DNA of 33,528 nucleotides from a virus (Duplodnaviria > Caudoviricetes), in the IMG/VR virus record IMGVR_UViG_3300033417_000036, positions 1 through 33,528 of that record. One strand, 5' to 3'. Positions within the stretch are counted from its first letter, which is position 1, and each line of letters begins with the position of its first letter. Below the pieces are notes generated by a model that saw nothing but the letters and a program-made list of their open reading frames with translations, had not been told where the DNA came from and made no database searches. The position numbers and the translations under genes were made by a program. Shown piece by piece: positions 17,023 through 23,466 of the stretch.

Positions 17023-17291
17023 CAGACAACGCCTTGAGTGACCACGTAGATGTCTTCGGTTCCGGCCGCCACTTCGACCCACACGTTCTCCCCATAATCG
17101 CCGTCCCAGGTGAACGTTTCACCCGCCGCAATCGGGATCGAATTGGCCGGGGTGTCGGGGTCCACCAGCAGAATGTCTGAGGTGGCGGCGTCCGGCACCT
17201 TGAAGAACCCGCTGCCGTCCACCGGGCCAGGAGTGCCAGCGATGTTCTGAGCGGTGGTGGTGACGGTGATGGTGACTGGTCGGATTGCCAT
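17022..17291 (-). CDS. Beta-rich putative decoration protein (89 aa), first gene of late arm
   Basis: VTVTTTAQ...IPIAAGETFTW pattern; promoter immediately upstream. Confidence 0.65.
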   Translation of the reverse strand: MAIRPVTITVTTTAQNIAGTPGPVDGSGFFKVPDAATSDILLVDPDTPANSIPIAAGETFTWDGDYGENVWVEVAAGTEDIYVVTQGVV

Positions 17292-17331
17292 TGGTGAGTG
17301 GCTCTTTCAGGTCGTGGCGGTTACACCACAC

Positions 17332-17343
17332 AGATTACCACAC
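17332..17343 (-). promoter_or_regulatory. Extended -10 promoter (GTGTGGTAATCT) at head of late arm
   Basis: Same motif as 7595, 11295 and 13049; 40 nt upstream of ATG 17291. Confidence 0.6.
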
Positions 17344-17848
17344 CAACTTCGGCGAGGCCCCAAGCCTCCCACCCGTCTCCGTCCATCGTATCACGGCCTG
17401 CTGGTCGGTTAGTGGATCGAGCGGTGGTCCTTTGAGGGATTGACTCCCGGCGGCCTTATAGGGGTGCCCGGGCACCACTTTGGCGGCCTTTCGGTGACCA
17501 TGTTGTAGAGGACTATTCAAGGATTGGCCCACTTCCTTTACTAACGCCCCGGCTTGTTCAAGTTTATAAGCACGGTGCTTACATCGGCCAGGTGCTTACA
17601 CTTTCGGAGTGGCTTGTGTTTCACAGACGGTGAACCACCCGTCCTCCAGTTGTCCTTGAGGTTGGAGCGCCGGGTGGCCGCCGGGCGGTAGGCCGGCCTT
17701 AGGATGGTTCCAAGATTGGCGAAGTGTGTTGTAAAGCACAGGTTGATGAAGTTGCGAGTGGTTTGGGCCTATCTTGTCTGAAAGAAGGGGGCCGCCCCAA
17801 GGGGTGTACCCACCCCACCCTCCCCACCTCACCTCACCACACCACCAC

Positions 17849-17893
17849 CAAACATACGTTCGACGAACACACGTTCGACAAACAAACGTTCGA
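17849..17893. promoter_or_regulatory. Three tandem LexA/SOS boxes (15 bp period)
   Basis: CAAAC-ATAC-GTTCGA, CGAAC-ACAC-GTTCGA, CAAAC-AAAC-GTTCGA back to back in the divergent intergenic region. Confidence 0.75.
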
Positions 17894-17937
17894 CCGACCC
17901 ACCACCACCACCCAGCAGAGTAGGAGGCCAGGCTAGG

Positions 17938-17953
17938 TGTGACACATGTCACA
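17938..17953. promoter_or_regulatory. Palindromic operator TGTGACACATGTCACA (CRP/GlxR consensus or phage operator)
   Basis: Perfect TGTGA-N6-TCACA, 11 nt upstream of a -35-like TTGATA (17965-17970). The matching -10 is imperfect. Confidence 0.65.
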
Positions 17954-18026
17954 ACACAAGGGCTTGATACCCAGCCCAACCTGTGCTTAGATGCAGTCAG
18001 AGCCTCCAACCGAAAGGACAGCCAAC

Positions 18027-18191
18027 ATGACCATCACCGAAATGAAGCACCATGTAGCCCACGTCACCTACGACGTCACCTACGCCGACACCATCCGCCA
18101 GGGCGCTCCCCATCGTGACGCTTGCACCGTCGCCAGCAGAGCCGCTCTCGCCACCCTCGACACCTTCGACACCCACCAGGAAGCATCATGA
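18027..18191 (+). CDS. Early hypothetical protein (54 aa)
   Basis: RBS GAAAGGA; first gene of the right arm. Confidence 0.65.
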   Translation: MTITEMKHHVAHVTYDVTYADTIRQGAPHRDACTVASRAALATLDTFDTHQEAS

Positions 18192-18457
18192 GCCCCACCG
18201 ATTGGAATGACGGAATCGTAGGCCGCCAACTACTCGGATTTCCGAGATCGTCGGTAACCGCAGTTGCGCCAACTGCGGACTACCTGAGCCACGGCCCTGT
18301 AGGCGATGGGTGGTATGTCCCGTCCGAAGACCGCTATGTGACTACTGACTTCTTGGTGACCGTCCGGCTCGCCGATGGGCGAGAAATCCAACTACCTAAG
18401 TCTTACGCATGGGTCAATCGGAATAAGACCACCAACACCGAAGGATGTTTATCATGA
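18188..18457 (+). CDS. Early hypothetical protein (89 aa, MSPTDWNDG...)
   Basis: ATGA overlap, RBS AGGA. Confidence 0.65.
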   Translation: MSPTDWNDGIVGRQLLGFPRSSVTAVAPTADYLSHGPVGDGWYVPSEDRYVTTDFLVTVRLADGREIQLPKSYAWVNRNKTTNTEGCLS

Positions 18458-18696
18458 CCACCACTCTCCCCACGACCACCATCACCTATGAACGGAACGC
18501 CATGATGGCGCTCGCCCACCTCCGCTTCTCCGATGGCAGTCACAACCTGGTTTACGCTCTGCTGCCATGTGGCCGGCCCCGATTCGCTGATGGCGCAACG
18601 AGAGGACGAGTCATCGACATCAGCGTTGACGAAGCCCCTACCCTGTACAGCTTCCCTGAATTCAAGCAGTTTGTCGAAGGGCGGTGGGGCTCATGA
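18454..18696 (+). CDS. Early hypothetical protein (80 aa)
   Basis: ATGA overlap, RBS GAAGGA. Confidence 0.65.
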   Translation: MTTTLPTTTITYERNAMMALAHLRFSDGSHNLVYALLPCGRPRFADGATRGRVIDISVDEAPTLYSFPEFKQFVEGRWGS

Positions 18697-18770
18697 CCGC
18701 CCTAGGAGGTCAAGTGTGGTGGGAAGATGGGTATACCATCACCCGTATCACTGGAGGCCCACTAGCATGA
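18693..18770 (+). CDS. 25 aa peptide (MTALGGQVWWEDGYTITRITGGPLA)
   Basis: ATGA overlaps at both ends bridge the neighbouring genes exactly. Confidence 0.45.
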   Translation: MTALGGQVWWEDGYTITRITGGPLA

Positions 18771-18982
18771 CCACCCTTAGATGGTTTAGAGAGATTGGTA
18801 CGATCAGTCTCAGTAGCATCCCAACCGCATGGGTATTCCGCCAGGACCGAGGAGTGTGGCGACACCTGTTTGCCGATGATACTGGCGATGTTGCGGTACA
18901 CGGGCCGGCCTACGCTAGCAAGATTGAAGCGTTCGCCACGCTGAGTGCAGCATGGAGCGCATTCGCTGGAGAGGACATCTAA
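18767..18982 (+). CDS. Early hypothetical protein (71 aa, MTTLRWFRE...)
   Basis: RBS GGAGG, ATGA overlap. Confidence 0.6.
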   Translation: MTTLRWFREIGTISLSSIPTAWVFRQDRGVWRHLFADDTGDVAVHGPAYASKIEAFATLSAAWSAFAGEDI

Positions 18983-19278
18983 TGACCACTCATCCCATCA
19001 CCCTAGAAGCCGCTCTCACCCGCTACGCTCGTGTCGCCCACAAGCTAGGGCTAATGCCCACCGGCACCTACGTGACAATCGAAGCTGGCAGCAGGGCTAA
19101 CGGTCGGTCCTACCGACTGTACCTCACCGGCGGCTCCCTCGGTTCCGGGCTCGGCTCTCCGCCCGCCGGATACGATTACCTGGGTATGACCGCACCAGCG
19201 GCCGTGGACCTGCTGATGGATCGTACCAAGGTGCTGGAGGATGTTTATTACCATCAACAGCAAGAGGCAGCACCATGA
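18982..19278 (+). CDS. Early hypothetical protein (98 aa)
   Basis: TAATG coupling, RBS GAGGA. Confidence 0.65.
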   Translation: MTTHPITLEAALTRYARVAHKLGLMPTGTYVTIEAGSRANGRSYRLYLTGGSLGSGLGSPPAGYDYLGMTAPAAVDLLMDRTKVLEDVYYHQQQEAAP

Positions 19279-19484
19279 CCACCTACGCCGTGCAAGCCAT
19301 CGTTCAAGACCGGACCCACAACCGGCTTTGGACCGGCACCCGCCAATGTCCAGCCTTCTACCTTGACTCGAAGGTGCAAGGGATCGTTGACATTGACCAC
19401 GCCAAGCAGGTAGCCCGCCAGATCGTTGACCCTTTCGACACGGCCCACAGTGTACACCTTTCGATCGAGGAAGTGGCGCCATGA
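19275..19484 (+). CDS. Early hypothetical protein (69 aa)
   Basis: ATGA overlap, RBS GAGG. Confidence 0.65.
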   Translation: MTTYAVQAIVQDRTHNRLWTGTRQCPAFYLDSKVQGIVDIDHAKQVARQIVDPFDTAHSVHLSIEEVAP

Positions 19485-19684
19485 AATCCTACCAAATCGT
19501 GTTCGGATCAAGCAGAGGAGTGAGTACTATGAGCCCCGCCGTCGAGTGTCCAGTTTGTGGCGCTGTTTGCGGTTCAAGAAGCCTCGACGATTCTGACCTT
19601 TCGCACGATTGCGAAGGTGAGGATTCTGCCCGGCAAAGATTGCTGAGGTTTCGAGGCTGTCGGGTTGGGCAACCCTCAACCTGA
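19481..19684 (+). CDS. Small Cys-containing protein (67 aa)
   Basis: ATGA overlap; CPVC...HDC putative Zn ligands. Confidence 0.5.
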   Translation: MKSYQIVFGSSRGVSTMSPAVECPVCGAVCGSRSLDDSDLSHDCEGEDSARQRLLRFRGCRVGQPST

Positions 19685-19693
19685 ACTTGAAGG

Positions 19694-19807
19694 TGGTGCA
19701 CGAGCGCACAAGCCCTACCCCATTTACCCTATGTGACGTACGAGTAGTAGTACTACTCTTATTCTTCTTCGTTAATGCACCGATGCGATTCGTGCTCCCG
19801 TGCACCA
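19694..19807. repeat. Inverted repeat flanking a central palindrome (candidate origin)
   Basis: TGGTGCACGAGCGCAC (19694-19709) and GTGCTCCCGTGCACCA (19792-19807) are inverted at 14/16; GAGTAGTA-G-TACTACTC (19742-19758) sits at their midpoint. Confidence 0.55.
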
Positions 19808-19857
19808 AACCCTCAACACACCTTGCCAGTTCTAGGGACTTTCCCTCGAAATCTGGT

Positions 19858-19908
19858 GGTGACAAATGTCACACCGCCCCGTTTCGGCCCGCCACCGTAT
19901 GCTACACT
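19858..19908 (+). promoter_or_regulatory. Operator GGTGACAAATGTCACA plus extended -10 GTATGCTACACT upstream of HTH gene
   Basis: Operator at 19858-19873 matches 17938 at 14/16; TGn-TACACT at 19900-19908. Confidence 0.65.
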
Positions 19909-19976
19909 CTATCCAACGTAGCACCACCTAGCGCACTAGATTCTTGCGCTTTCCCCGACGAAAGGCCACCACCACC

Positions 19977-20333
19977 ATGAGTGAGCATCCACACCTAGAC
20001 CTGTCCGCTTTAGACCCTGAGAAGCACGAGCTGCTGTTCACGAACTTCGGCCACCTTGTCGAGTCGGAGCGATGGGCCGACCTTCAAGGCGTGGTTGACA
20101 TCTGGTCTGGCATGTATCCGGCTGGTACGTCTACCGCCAGTCTATCTAGCGAGGTAGGTGCCGCTCGTGAGCGAATCACTCGGGCCGTGCAAGAGCTCGA
20201 TGAAGCTCGGTCAGACTTTCGGGAGCGGATTCGCTTTCTCTACCGATCGGGCGCTACCGCTGGTTCGTTGTCTGATGCTGCTGGCTTGTCACTCGCCCGG
20301 ATCAATCAACTCGTCATCGGTGCTCGCAAGTGA
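19977..20333 (+). CDS. HTH DNA-binding regulator (118 aa)
   Basis: C-terminal LYRSGATAGSLSDAAGLSLARINQLV helix-turn-helix after a coiled coil; RBS GAAAGG. Confidence 0.7.
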   Translation: MSEHPHLDLSALDPEKHELLFTNFGHLVESERWADLQGVVDIWSGMYPAGTSTASLSSEVGAARERITRAVQELDEARSDFRERIRFLYRSGATAGSLSDAAGLSLARINQLVIGARK

Positions 20334-20449
20334 GCCTGCACCGGCGGGCCAGGCGAGCACTCGTGGCGTTGGTGCTGCTGGTGTTGGCCTTCTACTCGGC
20401 TCGGGCTGCCACCGACCTGGGCCACCTTGTGGGCCTGGGGCGAGGTTAG
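20330..20449 (+). CDS. 39 aa membrane/signal-like peptide
   Basis: GTGA overlap; MSLHRRARRALVALVLLVLAFYSARAATDLGHLVGLGRG. Confidence 0.5.
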   Translation: MSLHRRARRALVALVLLVLAFYSARAATDLGHLVGLGRG

Positions 20450-20478
20450 TCTCAATGAGACGGACCTTGCTGGCCTGG

Positions 20479-20523
20479 TGTGGCGGATGTCACCTTGACA
20501 CCTTCCTCAGAGTCAGGTACAAC
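20479..20523 (+). promoter_or_regulatory. Sigma70-type promoter TTGACA-17-TACAAC with degenerate operator abutting the -35
   Basis: TTGACA 20495-20500, TACAAC 20518-20523, TGTGG-N6-TCACC 20479-20494. Confidence 0.6.
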
Positions 20524-20557
20524 TTCACTACCGACATTGAACAAGGAGCGCAACGTA

Positions 20558-21202
20558 ATGAACGAATTTGATCTTCGTGTGCCCGCCGACCGGTGGGTTG
20601 AACTGTTTGGCCGTACGAAAGTTGCTCGGGGGTTGCGACGATTCGCTTCGGCGTCTGGCACCGCTCGACCAGTCATCACTGGTGTATGCGTCCAGCCAAA
20701 AGAGGATGGTGGAGTGGTGTTCATCGCCACCGACACCTACATTCTCGGATTTGGGGATTCGTCAGGTACTCTTTCGCTTGGCGGCACGTTTGAGGCGGCA
20801 GGCGAAGTGGTCTTGATGCCCGAACTGTTGAACCAGGTGTGTGCATGCAAGGCTCTGAAAGGGTCGAATCTTATCCCTGATGGGCTGGAAGTTGAAATAC
20901 GCACCAGTGAGAATGGTGTGGAATGGCGTGTGGGATTGGACTTCGGAGGTCTATCAACCATTGAAGCCGTTTGTGAGTCGTCCTACCCGAAATGGCGCAA
21001 CATCATCCCGGCTGACCCGCATCCTGTGGACAGTGAGTTCGGCTTAGGTGAGCCAGCGGGACGCGTGTTGACAACTGAGTTTGGTGGTGGCTCTTATTGG
21101 AAGATGTTGGGTGCTGATGACGGCTCACCGATGAAGGTTCAAAGGTGGGAGCATTCCAACGCCCAAGTCACAGCCCTAGTGATGCCTGTGAAAGTAGTCT
21201 GA
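20558..21202 (+). CDS. Truncated DNA polymerase III beta-clamp homologue (214 aa)
   Basis: ARPVITGV, FIATDTYIL, YPKWRNIIP and terminal LVMPVKV correspond to DnaN motifs RPVLTGV, ATDGHRL, FPDYRRVIP and LLMPVR. RBS AAGGAG. Confidence 0.75.
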   Translation: MNEFDLRVPADRWVELFGRTKVARGLRRFASASGTARPVITGVCVQPKEDGGVVFIATDTYILGFGDSSGTLSLGGTFEAAGEVVLMPELLNQVCACKALKGSNLIPDGLEVEIRTSENGVEWRVGLDFGGLSTIEAVCESSYPKWRNIIPADPHPVDSEFGLGEPAGRVLTTEFGGGSYWKMLGADDGSPMKVQRWEHSNAQVTALVMPVKVV

Positions 21203-21591
21203 TGACCACACTCACCCGCCATAAGACGTATCACCTCGCTAGCCTAGCTGACACGGCATCGCCAGACCACCCATTGGTCGATAACGCCCAAGCATTTCCC
21301 CCTTCACCGGGCGCTATCTTCCTCCACCGTGTTGAAGATGCAACCGCCGAGGCTATAGTAAACGCAGAAGGGGAAGACGTGAACGATCTTGTTCACGAGG
21401 TTGCCGATAGCTGCGTGCCAATCTATACTCACGAACTATGGCAGACCTTCGTTGACCTAGCCGCCTACAATGAGGACGTCGGAACAGAGTATGGCGACTT
21501 GACTTCCCTTGCTTCGTTGGCCCTCTACGGGGTGGCGTGCCGATTGGTTGAAGCGTTAGTCGCTGAGTGGATTGACGAGAAGGAGGCGTAA
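21202..21591 (+). CDS. ocr: Ocr-like (T7 gp0.3) anti-restriction DNA mimic (129 aa)
   Basis: DLVHEVADSCVPIYTHELW aligns with T7 Ocr DAIHMAADNAVPHYYADIF; acidic, similar size, early region. Confidence 0.7.
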   Translation: MTTLTRHKTYHLASLADTASPDHPLVDNAQAFPPSPGAIFLHRVEDATAEAIVNAEGEDVNDLVHEVADSCVPIYTHELWQTFVDLAAYNEDVGTEYGDLTSLASLALYGVACRLVEALVAEWIDEKEA

Positions 21592-21977
21592 TGACCACCA
21601 CCAAAGCTCAACTTGAAGTGGCGATTACCCAAGCCGTCAAGCGCCACCCTGGGCGGCACAACCCACGGACACAGAACAGGGTTAGGGTAACCGGCTACTC
21701 CGACCCCGTCTACACATCACCCGACGATAGTAATTACCACTGCATCATCGGACAGGTCGCAGCTGATCTTGGCTGGTCCGTTCCAGGTTCAGATGTTATC
21801 CTTCCGGCCGATGAGGCTGCCCCACTGTTCGGGTGGCCGTTAGACTTGGAAACTGCTAGATGGTTGACGAGCGTACAGAACCAGTTTGACTCAGCCACGG
21901 GTAATTGGCAGGACGCACTCAATCACTGCCAGGAGATCAGGCTTATCAACAGCGCCGCAGAGAGCCGACAGTCGTGA
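21591..21977 (+). CDS. Hypothetical protein (128 aa)
   Basis: RBS AAGGAGG, TAATG coupling; Y...HCIIG...Q..D...W pattern. Confidence 0.65.
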   Translation: MTTTKAQLEVAITQAVKRHPGRHNPRTQNRVRVTGYSDPVYTSPDDSNYHCIIGQVAADLGWSVPGSDVILPADEAAPLFGWPLDLETARWLTSVQNQFDSATGNWQDALNHCQEIRLINSAAESRQS

Positions 21978-22120
21978 CCACCCCCGATTTGGGCCGCCGC
22001 TCGGCTATCGGACTCGTCCGGCTAGCCCGCCTCATTGCCGAGGTTACTGACGACAAGGCCGACTGGGAATCGCATATCTTGCTGCGTGACCGGCTAGACC
22101 CCGAGGAGGATGCATCGTGA
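21974..22120 (+). CDS. Hypothetical protein (48 aa)
   Basis: GTGA overlaps at both ends. Confidence 0.5.
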   Translation: MTTPDLGRRSAIGLVRLARLIAEVTDDKADWESHILLRDRLDPEEDAS

Positions 22121-22389
22121 TCCCTGGCCGCTGGTTCCCTCGCCTGTGGGCCGGATGGGCCGCTGCTTCGGCCGGTGGGTTCGCCTGGCTGGAGTGGCAA
22201 GCTCTGCGGCGGCCTGACCGAAACCCTGCCGAGCTAGACTCACTTACCTCGTGCCTCCAGCACTTGGCCTGCCGCTCGCCCCGAGCTCGCACCGTGACAG
22301 CAGGCGGGTGGGTTGTGTTTGCCGCCTGGTTCCTTCACCACACCTGGCTCTCTTACCGCTACGAAGTCCAACAACTTACGGAAGGCTGA
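22117..22389 (+). CDS. Small Trp-rich membrane protein (90 aa)
   Basis: Two hydrophobic segments; RBS GAGGAGGA. Confidence 0.65.
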   Translation: MIPGRWFPRLWAGWAAASAGGFAWLEWQALRRPDRNPAELDSLTSCLQHLACRSPRARTVTAGGWVVFAAWFLHHTWLSYRYEVQQLTEG

Positions 22390-22395
22390 CTCCCG

Positions 22396-22845
22396 ATGAC
22401 CACCACCCAAACCACCCACGATTTCGGTTCCGGTCCTGTGCCAGCCCACCGTCATCCTAATGGCGGCGGCTGGGTCGCCAACACAGCCACAGTCGATGAC
22501 ACGGCCTTCATCGGGCCTAGCGCCTACGTATATGGCGACGCCTGGGTGTACGACGCCGCCCGGGTGTCCGGCACCGCCTGGGTGTCCGGCACCGCCCAGG
22601 TGTTCGGCGACGCCCGGGTGTCCGGCACCGCCTGGGTGTCCGACGCCGCCCGGGTGTTCGGCGACGCCCGGGTGTTCGGCGACGCCCAGGTGTTCGGCGA
22701 CGCCTGGGTGTCCGGCACCGCCTGGGTGTTCGGCGACGCCCAGGTGTTCGGCGACGCCCGGGTGTTCGGCGACGCCCAGGTGTTCGGCGACGCCCAGGTG
22801 TTCGGCGACGCCCAGGTCGAGGTACGGACCGAGGAGACACCATGA
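22396..22845 (+). CDS. Hexapeptide-repeat left-handed beta-helix protein (149 aa)
   Basis: HRHPNGGGWVA cap followed by 16 x-V-[FSY]-[GD]-[DTA]-A repeats. Confidence 0.8.
   Translation: MTTTQTTHDFGSGPVPAHRHPNGGGWVANTATVDDTAFIGPSAYVYGDAWVYDAARVSGTAWVSGTAQVFGDARVSGTAWVSDAARVFGDARVFGDAQVFGDAWVSGTAWVFGDAQVFGDARVFGDAQVFGDAQVFGDAQVEVRTEETP
22525..22812 (+). repeat. 16 x 18 bp coding tandem repeat
   Basis: Consensus CAGGTGTTCGGCGACGCC with variants such as TGGGTGTCCGGCACCGCC. Confidence 0.95.
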
Positions 22846-23105
22846 CCACCACCATCGACCGCTCCGCTAATGGCGACGGGCTGATCCAGTCGGACTGGTC
22901 GCCGCTTTCACGAAGGATGACCACTAATATGGGCACTGTCTCGAAACTGACTGACCGTCTTGACGAGTTAGACGCACAGATTGCTAGCACGACTGATATA
23001 ATCAACGATCACCTTTTTGAGCTCGATGGCCGCATCCTTGAACGTGCTGACTTGTATCAGGAGAGGGATGCCATCCTTGATCTAATGGGCGGAGAGGCCA
23101 GATGA
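22842..23105 (+). CDS. Coiled-coil hypothetical protein (87 aa)
   Basis: ATGA overlap, RBS GAGGAG. Confidence 0.6.
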   Translation: MTTTIDRSANGDGLIQSDWSPLSRRMTTNMGTVSKLTDRLDELDAQIASTTDIINDHLFELDGRILERADLYQERDAILDLMGGEAR

Positions 23106-23266
23106 CCACCGTGCCCGACGACGACCCTGTGTTGTTGCTTGACGGTCTGGTGTGTGCTGCGTGCCGCAACGGCCAAATAATTGCCTACCCTGCACTGCTC
23201 GGCGAAGTTGGGCTGGTGCAATGCCGCTCATGTGGTGACCAGCCTCTTGAAAGGACCGAGGCATGA
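23102..23266 (+). CDS. Zn-ribbon microprotein (54 aa)
   Basis: Not in track: MTTVPDDDPVLLLDGLVCAACRNG...QCRSCGDQPLERTEA; two CxxC; ATGA overlaps at both ends. Confidence 0.65.
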   Translation: MTTVPDDDPVLLLDGLVCAACRNGQIIAYPALLGEVGLVQCRSCGDQPLERTEA

Positions 23267-23466
23267 TTAGTAAATGCGGGATAGAGGTTGATCTTCACCC
23301 CTCCACCACCGTCTCCCTCACCTTTACACGTGAGCAGATTGAGCACCTCCTACGGAGCGTCTACGACAACGGCGACCTGCTGGCTGACGTGCCGCTTGAT
23401 GAACTGGAGATGGTCGTCAAGTTGCGGAAGGCGCTGCACCAAGCGAAACGAGTGATCGCATGGTGA
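23263..23466 (+). CDS. Hypothetical protein (67 aa)
   Basis: ATGA overlap, RBS present. Confidence 0.6.
   Translation: MISKCGIEVDLHPSTTVSLTFTREQIEHLLRSVYDNGDLLADVPLDELEMVVKLRKALHQAKRVIAW

Noticed and set aside
17849-17893. Possible mini-CRISPR array
   Set aside because: Units are 15 bp and contiguous with no spacers; better explained as operators.
17335-18009. Minus-strand ORFs 17335..17532 and 17596..18009
   Set aside because: They overlap promoters, operators and low-complexity tracts, have poor RBS spacing and unnatural composition. The 65 aa ORF cannot be fully excluded.
19687-19980. 97 aa plus-strand ORF
   Set aside because: TTG start without RBS; spans the inverted-repeat element, operator and promoter.
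22525-22812. Possible CRISPR array or DGR template/variable repeat
   Set aside because: In-frame coding hexapeptide repeat; no spacers, no adenine-specific variation, no reverse transcriptase in the window.
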